64,000 nucleotides of DNA from Eledone cirrhosa. Its lineage: Eukaryota. This document shows, in pieces, positions 55,976-64,000 of the stretch. The notes beneath the pieces are model-generated. The model made no database searches, was not told where the DNA came from, and saw only the letters and a list, made by a program, of their open reading frames with translations. Within the stretch, counting starts at the first letter, position 1, and the number at the start of each line of letters is the position of its first letter. The stretch is taken from positions 9,796,001-9,860,000 of the forward strand of contig OZ024766.1 in the NCBI GenBank assembly GCA_964016885.1, given 5' to 3'. The translations under genes and the position numbers were made by a program.

Positions 55976-56857
55976 TGAAAATAGACCAAGAAACAGGAAT
56001 GTCCTCATCAGTAGTCTGCTGATTATCATTGGTATGTCTTCCCATTAAAGACTAGATACCTAAAATCAGTGCGAGCGATAACTAAATTTAGTTATCGGGA
56101 CAGAGTGAATTGGAAGGGGAAAGTGTTTAATGAAGAGAAATACCACTGATAATCAGCAGACTACTGATGATGGACAATCCTGCTTCTAGGTCTATTTTTA
56201 TTCATATGTTCACATTCGCAACAACGCAGCACACCATTTTTTCATTCATATATATATTAGGTCGTCAAGTATGAAATTTGTAGAAATTTGGTTTTTTTTT
56301 CAAAGTTTCTACAAATTTCATACTTGACGACCCAATATGTGTGTGTGTTGTATATATGTATGTGTGTGTGTGTATGTGTGTTGTATATATGTGTGTGTAT
56401 ATATGTGTATGTATATATGTATGTGTATATATGTGTTTGTGTGTATATATTGTGGAATCACAACTAATTCTGTTTCTCTGACAAATTCTCTCTCTCTCTC
56501 TCACACTAATTATCTCTCTCTCCCTCTCACACTAATTCTGTCCCTCTCTGTCACTAATTCTCTCTCCCTCTCCCTAATTATCTCTCTCTCCCTCTCACAC
56601 TAATTCTCTGTCCCTCTCTCCCTCACACTAATTATCTCTCTCTCTCTCCCTCACACTAATTCTGTCCCTCTCTCACTAATTCTCTCTCCCTCTCACACTA
56701 ATTCTCTGTCCCTCTCTCTCTCTCCCCCTCACACTAATTATCTCTCTCTCTCCCTCTCTCCCCAGACCAGGTCAGTGTCTGTAGTTGGAAGATATTTGAT
56801 GCAGCCAGGAAATGTTACGGTACAGATGAAGATATCCTCTTCGTTTACGGATCTTGA
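30107..56857 (+). CDS. GUCD1: GUCD1 (protein GUCD1/C22orf13-like, papain-like C39-related fold), spliced gene: join(30107-30122,36637-36718,37560-37625,38679-38778,43246-43337,44537-44636,50262-50310,52409-52483,56766-56857), ~223 aa
   Basis: Hand-spliced exons have GT/AG borders and consistent phases (1,2,2,0,2,0,1,1). Product: [108 protein letters not shown], matching the GUCD1 motifs WDCGLAC.MVL, SIWTIDLAYL, YQGHFIVL.GY and [13 protein letters not shown]. Confidence 0.92.
30265..31812 (-). mobile_element. RTE LINE (same family as 14135-16448) with an inverted 5' part
   Basis: 30270-31291 carries the RT C-half on minus with a (TAGA)n tail; 31292-31812 carries the RT N-half on plus ([20 protein letters not shown]). 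Confidence 0.92.
31840..32130 (+). mobile_element. RTE LINE 3' fragment
   Basis: [19 protein letters not shown]. Confidence 0.75.
33815..34050 (-). mobile_element. Helitron Pif1-helicase C-terminal fragment (pseudogenised)
   Basis: [59 protein letters not shown], with a frameshift and a stop. Confidence 0.85.
34426..34757 (+). mobile_element. tRNA-derived SINE with an RTE-like 3' tail
   Basis: A box tggcttagtgg, B box gttcaattc; tail cccttgcaagcagggaaaaagcggacgtaaaatga; other copies at 23610-23955(-), 35229-35568(+), 49870-50045(-), 61858-62208(-). Confidence 0.88.
35229..35568 (+). mobile_element. tRNA-derived SINE (same family)
   Basis: Near-identical to 34426-34757; (ATG)n tail. Confidence 0.88.
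35698..36591. repeat. 43-bp SINE-derived minisatellite, ~21 copies
   Basis: aaagtaccagtaatacactggggtaatagctggccttgtgtca; single-copy parent in SINEs at 28250-28300 and 44150-44195. Confidence 0.95.
36637..36718 (+). CDS. GUCD1: GUCD1 exon ([27 protein letters not shown])
   Basis: tttctccttacag| acceptor, |gtaagt donor, WDCGLAC motif. Confidence 0.93.
36725..37500. repeat. Intronic (GGT)n/(CAC)n low-complexity tract
   Basis: Lies between GUCD1 exons; similar tracts at 50320-50830 and 51575-52330. Confidence 0.9.
37560..37625 (+). CDS. GUCD1: GUCD1 exon ([22 protein letters not shown])
   Basis: gcag| acceptor, |gtaagg donor, phase 2-2, length fits the segment between conserved blocks. Confidence 0.85.
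37790..38110 (-). mobile_element. Degraded 3' fragment of the RTE family seen at 14135 and 30270
   Basis: ggtaaaattcccgagatcc...cagctaacctcagtctcctctgtgtcac is shared with those copies. Confidence 0.8.
38390..38569. mobile_element. piggyBac-type MITE
   Basis: ttaa-ccctatagcatt ... aatgctaaaggg-ttaa: TTAA target site and CCC/GGG termini. Confidence 0.75.
38679..38778 (+). CDS. GUCD1: GUCD1 exon ([33 protein letters not shown])
   Basis: tatttcag| acceptor, |gtaagg donor; aligns with SIWTIDLAYL..TLGVDKGY. Confidence 0.93.
39040..42900. repeat. 48/49-bp SINE-derived minisatellite, ~80 copies, opposite orientation, in a GUCD1 intron
   Basis: acaaaaagcacccagtccacactgtaaagtggtcatgtaggtgtcacg; runs directly into the SINE 3' body at ~42900. 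Confidence 0.96.
43246..43337 (+). CDS. GUCD1: GUCD1 exon ([31 protein letters not shown])
   Basis: ccccag| acceptor, |gtgagt donor; aligns with FY..HFDTEETRVNQLF. Confidence 0.92.
44025..44210 (+). mobile_element. Second SINE family
   Basis: tggcagtatcggtagag..gagttcaaatcccgccgaggttaactttgcctttcatccttacggggtcgataaaataaagtaccag; copies at 12550-12720(-), 17040-17215(-), 28190-28312(+), 33145-33256(-), 35595-35740(+). Confidence 0.8.
44537..44636 (+). CDS. GUCD1: GUCD1 exon ([33 protein letters not shown])
   Basis: tctttcttctctacag| acceptor, |gtgagg donor; aligns with VS..DI..HL..G..AIVLV. Confidence 0.9.
44848..45412. repeat. 72-bp form of the 60/72-bp minisatellite, ~8 copies
   Basis: Same unit as 1430-4835. 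Confidence 0.95.
45490..47242 (+). mobile_element. Mariner transposase 5' fragment interrupted by a 62-bp array
   Basis: [41 protein letters not shown], then after the array [47 protein letters not shown] (mariner HTH domains). Confidence 0.88.
45779..47075. repeat. 62-bp tandem repeat, ~21 copies, derived from mariner transposase CDS
   Basis: gctgccaatatcaacagagcctggggagaggggtccacaagtgatcacacagtacaaagggg; a further ~6 copies at 48170-48572. Confidence 0.96.
46680..49600. repeat. 1498-bp tandem segmental duplication
   Basis: Identical ORFs are offset by 1498 (46995/48493, 47364/48862, 47715/49213). Confidence 0.92.
50262..50310 (+). CDS. GUCD1: GUCD1 exon ([17 protein letters not shown])
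   Basis: ttttgtcag| acceptor, |gttagt donor, phase 0-1; supplies YQG of the YQGHF motif. Confidence 0.85.
52409..52483 (+). CDS. GUCD1: GUCD1 exon ([25 protein letters not shown])
   Basis: ctcctccaaag| acceptor, |gtaagt donor; HFIVL.GY motif. Confidence 0.93.
52691..52742 (-). ncRNA. Type I hammerhead ribozyme (intact core)
   Basis: Minus strand GAUUC-CUGAUGA-UUUC UAAA GAAU-GAA-ACAG UUCUAGUC CUGU-A^-GAAUC: stems I and III pair, short stem II, GUA cleavage triplet. Confidence 0.75.
52760..52812 (+). ncRNA. Type I hammerhead ribozyme (one stem III mismatch)
   Basis: gagattc-ctgatga-tttctaaagaat-gaaactgttctagtcctgta-gaatctc. Confidence 0.65.
53022..53086 (-). ncRNA. Minimal type I hammerhead ribozyme (inverted partner)
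   Basis: Minus strand tattttat-ctgatga-aagcgca..tgccctt-gaaa-tagata-ta-ataaaata. Confidence 0.68.
53211..53275 (+). ncRNA. Minimal type I hammerhead ribozyme
   Basis: tattttat-ctgatga-aagcgca..tgccctt-gaaa-tatata-ta-ataaaata: 8-bp stem I, palindromic minimal stem III. Confidence 0.72.
53820..54795 (-). repeat. Two tandem copies (~515-bp period) of an element separated by (TACA)n
   Basis: ggtggctgccaactcg...gagctcctttg is duplicated; contains ggagaaggaaaactctga(-), which I recall from RTE 5' UTRs. Confidence 0.75.
54795..55972. repeat. (TA)n/(TACA)n microsatellite
   Basis: Direct inspection; similar tracts at 22945-23480, 28690-29045 and 62625-64000. Confidence 0.97.
56766..56857 (+). CDS. 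GUCD1: GUCD1 last coding exon ([30 protein letters not shown])
   Basis: Long CT tract + cccag| acceptor; GTDEDILFV motif; TGA at 56855-56857. Confidence 0.94.
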
Positions 56858-56875
56858 GAGCCGATGGTCAAGGAT

Positions 56876-59800
56876 TGACCACCACCGCTGAATAGTACAC
56901 ACCTGACCACAAGGAGTGACCAACTCACCTGACCACTACCACCACCGGTGAATAGTACACACCTGACTATAAGGAGTGACCAACTCACTTGACCACTACC
57001 ACCACTGGTGAATAGTACACACCTGACTATAAGGAGTGACCAACTCACTTGACCACTACCACCACTGGTGAATAGTACACACCTGACTATAAGGAGTGAC
57101 CAACTCACTTGACCACTACCACCACTGGTGAATAGTACACACCTGACTATAAGGAGTGACCAACTCATTTGACCACTACCACCACTGGTGAATAGTACAC
57201 ACCTGACTATAAGGAGTGACCAACTCACTTGACCACTACCACCACCGGTGAATAGTACACACCTGACTATAAGGAGTGACCAACTCACTTGACCACTACC
57301 ACCACTGGTGAATAGTACACACCTGACTATAAGGAGTGACCAACTCACTTGACCACTACCACCACTGGTGAATAGTACACACCTGACTATAAGGAGTGAC
57401 CAACTCACTTGACCACTACCACCACTGGTGAATAGTACACACCTGACTATAAGGAGTGACCAACTCACCTGACCACTACCACCACTGGTGAATAGTACAC
57501 ACCTGACTATAAGGAGTGACCAACTCACTTGACCACTACCACCACTGGTGAATAGTACACACCTGACTATAAGGAGTGACCAACTCACTTGACCACTACC
57601 ACCACCGCTGAATAGTACACACCTGACTATAAGGAGTGACCAATTCACTTGACCACTACCACCACTGGTGAATAGTACACACCTGACTATAAGGAGTGAC
57701 CAACTCACTTGACCACTACCACCACTGGTGAATAGTACACACCTGACTATAAGGAGTGACCAACTCACTTGACCACTACCACCACTGGTGAATAGTACAC
57801 ACCTGACTATAAGGAGTGACCAACTCACTTGACCACTACCACCACTGGTGAATAGTACACACCTGACTATAAGGAGTGACCAACTCACTTGACCACTACC
57901 ACCACCGGTGAATAGTACACACCTGACTATAAGGAGTGACCAACTCACTTGACCACTACCACCACTGGTGAATAGTACACACCTGACTATAAGGAGTGAC
58001 CAACTCACTTGACCACTACCACCACTGGTGAATAGTACACACCTGACTATAAGGAGTGACCAACTCACTTGACCACTACCACCACTGGTGAATAGTACAC
58101 ACCTGACTATAAGGAGTGACCAACTCACCTGACCACTACCACCACCGGTGAATAGTACACACCTGACTATAAGGAGTGACCAACTCACTTGACCACTACC
58201 ACCACCGGTGAATAGTACACACCTGACTATAAGGAGTGACCAACTCACTTGACCACTACCACCACTGGTGAATAGTACACACCTGACTATAAGGAGTGAC
58301 CAACTCATTTGACCACTACCACCACTGGTGAATAGTACACACCTGACTATAAGGAGTGACCAACTCATTTGACCACTACCACCACCGGTGAATAGTACAC
58401 ACCTGACTATAAGGAGTGACCAACTCACTTGACCACTACCACCACTGGTGAATAGTACACACCTGACTATAAGGAGTGACCAACTCATTTGACCACTACC
58501 ACCACTGGTGAATAGTACACACCTGACTATAAGGAGTGACCAACTCATTTGACCACTACCACCACCGGTGAATAGTACACACCTGACTATAAGGAGTGAC
58601 CAACTCACCTGACCACTACCACCACTGGTGAATAGTACACACCTGACTATAAGGAGTGACCAACTCACTTGACCACTACCACCACCGCTGAATAGTACAC
58701 ACCTGACTATAAGGAGTGACCAATTCACTTGACCACTACCACCACTGGTGAATAGTACACACCTGACTATAAGGAGTGACCAACTCACTTGACCACTACC
58801 ACCACTGGTGAATAGTACACACCTGACTATAAGGAGTGACCAACTCACTTGACCACTACCACCACCGGTGAATAGTACACACCTGACTATAAGGAGTGAC
58901 CAACTCACTTGACCACTACCACCACTGGTGAATAGTACACACCTGACTATAAGGAGTGACCAACTCACTTGACCACTACCACCACCGGTGAATAGTACAC
59001 ACCTGACTATAAGGAGTGACCAACTCACTTGACCACTACCACCACTGGTGAATAGTACACACCTGACTATAAGGAGTGACCAACTCACTTGACCACTACC
59101 ACCACTGGTGAATAGTACACACCTGACTATAAGGAGTGACCAACTCACTTGACCACTACCACCACTGGTGAATAGTACACACCTGACTATAAGGAGTGAC
59201 CAACTCACCTGACCACTACTACCACCGGTGAATAGTACACACCTGACTATAAGGAGTGACCAACTCATTTGACCACTACCACCACTGGTGAATAGTACAC
59301 GCACCTGACTATAAGGAGTGACCAACTCATTTGACCACTACCACCACTGGTGAATAGTACACACCTGACTATAAGGAGTGACCAACTCACCTGACCACTA
59401 CCACCACTGGTGAATAGTACACACCTGACTATAAGGAGTGACCAACTCACTTGACCACTACCACCACTGGTGAATAGTACACACCTGACTATAAGGAGTG
59501 ACCAACTCACTTGACCACTACCACCACTGGTGAATAGTACACACCTGACTATAAGGAGTGACCAACTCACTTGACCACTACCACCACTGGTGAATAGTAC
59601 ACACCTGACTATAAGGAGTGACCAACTCACTTGACCACTACCACCGGTGAATAGTACACACCTGACTATAAGGAGTGACCAACTCACTTGACCACTACCA
59701 CCACTGGTGAATAGTACACACCTGACTATAAGGAGTGACCAACTCACTTGACCACTACCACCACTGGTGAATAGTACACACCTGACTATAAGGAGTGACC

Positions 59801-59935
59801 AACTCACCTGACCACTACCACCACCGGTGAATAGTACACACCTGACTATAAGAAGTGACCAACTCACCTGACCACTACCACCACCGGTGAATAGTACACA
59901 CACCTGACTATAAGGAGTGACCAACTCACTTGACT
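56876..59935. repeat. 60-bp tandem repeat, ~51 copies, immediately after the GUCD1 stop codon
   Basis: accactggtgaatagtacacacctgactataaggagtgaccaactcacttgaccactacc aligns line by line. Confidence 0.97.
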
Positions 59936-60207
59936 ACAAGGAGTGGACAACTCATACATGACCAGAAGTAACCAATACACACACACAGGATACTTGACCA
60001 ATGACAAACAGCAGTGCCTAACCGAACATAGATGATGAATTTGACCAGCAGATAGCCACAATAATATATGTCCAGAGATATTTCGTAATAAAATATGAGA
60101 AAATTTCACCAATTTTTACACTGACCATTGCATTACAATAGTTCTTTGTCATTAGTAACCTTACGGGGGTCGATAAAATAAAGTACCAGTAATACACTGG
60201 GGAAATT

Positions 60208-61462
60208 GTATATATAGAGTAATGTAAATATTATGTGAGGTAAAGCCTTTACTGTGAAAATACAATAGTATATATAGAGTAATGTAAATGTTATGTGAGA
60301 TTTTATGTGAAGTAAAGCCTTTACTGTGAAAATACAATAGTATATATAGAGTAATGTAAATGTTATGTGAGGTATTATGTGAGGTAAAGCCTTTACTGTG
60401 AAAATACAATAGTATATATAGAGTAATGTAGATGTTATGTGAGATATTATGTGAGGTAAAGCCTTTACTGTGAAAATACAATAGTATATATAGAGTAATG
60501 TAAATGTTATGTGAGATATTATGTGAGGTAAAGCCTTTACTGTGAAAATACAATAGTATATATAGAGTAATGTAAATGTTATGTGAGATATTATGTGAGG
60601 TAAAGCCTTTACTGTGAAAATACAATAGTATATATAGAGTAATGTAGATGTTATGTGAGATATTATGTGAGGTAAAGCCTTTACTGTGAAAATACAATAG
60701 TATATATAGAGTAATGTAAATGTTATGTGAGATATTATGTGAGGTAAAGCCTTTACTGTGAAAATACAATAGTATATATAGAGTAATGTAGATGTTATGT
60801 GAGATATTATGTGAGGTAAAGCCTTTACTGTGAAAATACAATAGTATATATAGAGTAATGTAAATGTTATGTGAGATATTATGAGGTAAAGCCTTTACTG
60901 TGAAAATACAATAGTATATATAGAGTAATGTAAATGTTATGTGAGATATTATGTGAGGTAAAGCCTTTACTGTGAAAATACAATAGTATATATAGAGTAA
61001 TGTAAATGTTATGTGAGGTAAAGCCTTTACTATGAAAATACAATAGTATATATAGAGTAATGTAAATGTTATGTGAGGTAAAGCCTTTACTGTGAAAATA
61101 CAATAGTATATATAGAGTAATGTAAATCTTATGCGAGATATTATGTGAGGTAAAGCCTTTACTGTGACAATACAATAGTATATATAGAGTAATGTAAATG
61201 TTATGTGAGGTAAAGCCTTTACTGTGAAAATACAATAGTATATATAGAGTAATGTAAATGTTATGTGAGGTAAAGCCTTTACTATGAAAATACAATAGTA
61301 TATATAGAGTAATGTAAATGTTATGTGAGATTTAATGTGAGGTAAAGCCTTTACTGTGACAATACAATAGTATATATAGAGTAATGTAAATGTTGTGAGA
61401 TATTATGTGAGGTAAAGCCTTTACTGTGACAATACAATAGTATATATAGAGTAATGTAAATG
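60208..61462. repeat. 60/72-bp minisatellite, inverted orientation
   Basis: Reverse complement of the 1430-4835 unit. Confidence 0.95.
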
Positions 61463-61751
61463 CTAAGGGAAGTAACTCTGAGTCAGTCATAGTTTGTAGT
61501 GCTGGCGATGCTATGTTGGCATCAAACTTATGATGCCTACCTAAGTTATTTACCAATTCAAGAAAGCATTTAAATATATATATATATATATATGTGTGTG
61601 TTAGGTCATTCCGAAGGAAGAGCAAAGGAAAAAAGAGTGCTCTATGTATAGAACAGAGCTATTTAATTAGAAAGTGAACAACACAAAATATAACTACTCC
61701 ATTACCAAAGGTTTCAGGATCCCAGACGATATTAATACACGATGATAACAT

Positions 61752-61819
61752 CTCTGTCTGATGAACGATCCAGACATATATTAATATTGTCTGGGATCCA
61801 GAAACTTTTGGTAATGGAG
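61752..61819 (+). ncRNA. Minimal type I hammerhead ribozyme
   Basis: ctctgt-ctgatga-ac gatccagaca..tgtctgggatc ca-gaaac ttttg gta-atggag. Confidence 0.65.
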
Positions 61820-61857
61820 TACTTATATTTTGTGTTGTCCACTTTCTAATTATATAT

Positions 61858-62208
61858 CATCATCATCATCATCATCATTTCATTTTATGTCCACCTTTCC
61901 CTGCTTGCAAGGGTGGGACGGGAACTGATGCTGGCTTGATTTCTACAGCTGGATGCCCTTCCTAACACCAACCTCATTTACAGTGAGTGCTGGGTGCTTT
62001 TTTTTGCCGTGGCACCTCCACGACCACTTTGCAGTGGAATGATAGGGACCCCAGTCCCTATCATCTCATTTCTACAGCTGAGTAAACTGGAGCAATGTGA
62101 AATAAAGTGTCTTGCTCAAGGAAACAACACATCACCCGGTCTGAGAATTGAACTCACAACCTTTCGATTGCAAGCCCAATGCTCTAACCACTAAGCCATG
62201 TGCCTCCA
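61858..62208 (-). mobile_element. tRNA-derived SINE (same family)
   Basis: Reverse complement of 34426-34757. Confidence 0.88.
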
Positions 62209-62624
62209 TGCTTCCCGAGATCCGCCAACACTACAGCTAACACATACACACATGTACTTCCCTGACATTTGAGTATTATTCTATGTACTATATTGACGAG
62301 TTGTAGTGCACCTGAGCACTTTACACAATAATTTCATTATATTATATATGAAATAGAATTAAAAGCTTCACCATAAAAATTTCTCTCAGAACGAAGATAG
62401 GTATATAGGTAAATATATTACTTACCATTACATATTATCATCAGGATCATCGATGATTTCTTCTTTATGTCTGTTTTTCCATATTTCTCTGAGTTCTTGT
62501 TCCTAAATTTCCGCCATTTTGCTTGGATTTGTTTACCTGGACGTCCTTCATCCTAACACCAACCATTTCACTGGTTACACACGCTGGTGTTGGGTTGTGG
62601 AACAACCCGTGCCACAACACAGTG

Positions 62625-62625
62625 C

Positions 62626-62664
<39 letters not shown>

Positions 62665-63620
62665 TATGCATATATATATATATATATATATATGCATATA
62701 TATATATATATGCATATATATATATATATGCATATATATATATATGCATATATATATATATGCATATATATATATATGCATATATATATATATGCATATA
62801 TATATATAGTATATATATATATGCATATATATATATAGTATATATATATTTGCATATATATATATATAGTATATATATATATGCATATATATATATAGTA
62901 TATATATATATACATATATAGTATATATATACACACACATATATATGTATATATATATACAATATATATATATATATACATATACACACATATATATGTA
63001 TATAATGTATATATATATACAATATATATATATATATATGTACATATACACACATATATGTATATAATATAATATACATATACACATATATATATATATA
63101 ATGTATATATATATACATATACACACATATATATGTATATAATGTATATATATATATACATATACACACATATATATGTATATAATGTATATATATATAT
63201 ACATATACACATATATATATGTATATAATGTATATATATATACAATATATATACATTATATACACACATATATGTATATAATATATATATATATATACAC
63301 ACATATATGTATATAATGTGTATATATATATTGTATATACACTCATGCATACATTCACACAATTATAAACAAGAGACAATAGGTATAATAGAATATATAC
63401 ATACATATTTATATTTTTATATTTATATATACACACACATATATACATATATATTTATATACACATACATGCACACACACACACATATATACATACACAT
63501 ACATATATATATATATATATGCATAGATACATACAAACAAACACATATATATACATACATACACACAAATATATACATACACACTATATATACATACACA
63601 TACATACTTGTACACACACA

Positions 63621-63655
<35 letters not shown>

Positions 63656-63855
63656 GCATACACACACATACATATATACACACATATATACATACGTACA
63701 CACATATGCATGTGCACACACCCACATATAGACATACATGCACACACAAACATACATATATATATATACACACACACACTATATATACAAACACATACTT
63801 ATACACACACATACATATATACATACATGCACACATACACACACTATATATACAT

Positions 63856-63914
<59 letters not shown>

Positions 63915-64000
63915 TATGCATATATACATACATGTACACACACATACATACATGCACACACAAATATATATATATATATACACACATACACACACTTGTA
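62625..64000. repeat. Compound (TA)n/(CA)n microsatellite
   Basis: Direct inspection. Confidence 0.97.

Noticed and set aside
54727-56048. Several ~420-aa Tyr/Ile ORFs (also 22799-23489 and 62465-63995)
   Set aside because: Translations of (TA)n/(TACA)n microsatellites
55972-56208. Inverted repeat with ctgatga in both arms
   Set aside because: No GAAA/stem III at the right position; at most a truncated ribozyme remnant
56845-59924. 826-aa and 219-aa minus-strand ORFs with GGSG repeats
   Set aside because: Products of a 60-bp array antisense to the GUCD1 3' end, broken by 2-bp indels
62420-62540. Exon-like minus-strand segment with a GTAAGT donor
   Set aside because: The most protein-like frame contains stops, the upstream side is a SINE remnant, and I recognised no homology

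Overview
AT-rich, repeat-dominated eukaryotic (metazoan) DNA; the SINE/RTE/microsatellite content suggests a cephalopod such as Octopus (inference). One spliced protein-coding gene can be reconstructed by hand and is missed by the ORF track: a GUCD1 orthologue on the + strand with 8 well-supported coding exons at 36637-56857 plus a probable first exon at 30107-30122 (~223 aa). The rest is transposon debris (Helitron, mariner, CR1-group and RTE LINEs, tRNA-derived SINEs, a piggyBac-type MITE), many minisatellites that visibly arose by local amplification of sub-fragments of those transposons, at least five different families of minimal type I hammerhead ribozymes mostly in inverted-repeat cassettes next to (TA)n tracts (Penelope-like/retrozyme ends), and a duplicated NRF1/YY1-promoter unit whose second copy appears to splice directly into an RTE LINE. 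Nearly all long ORFs in the track are artefacts of tandem repeats.
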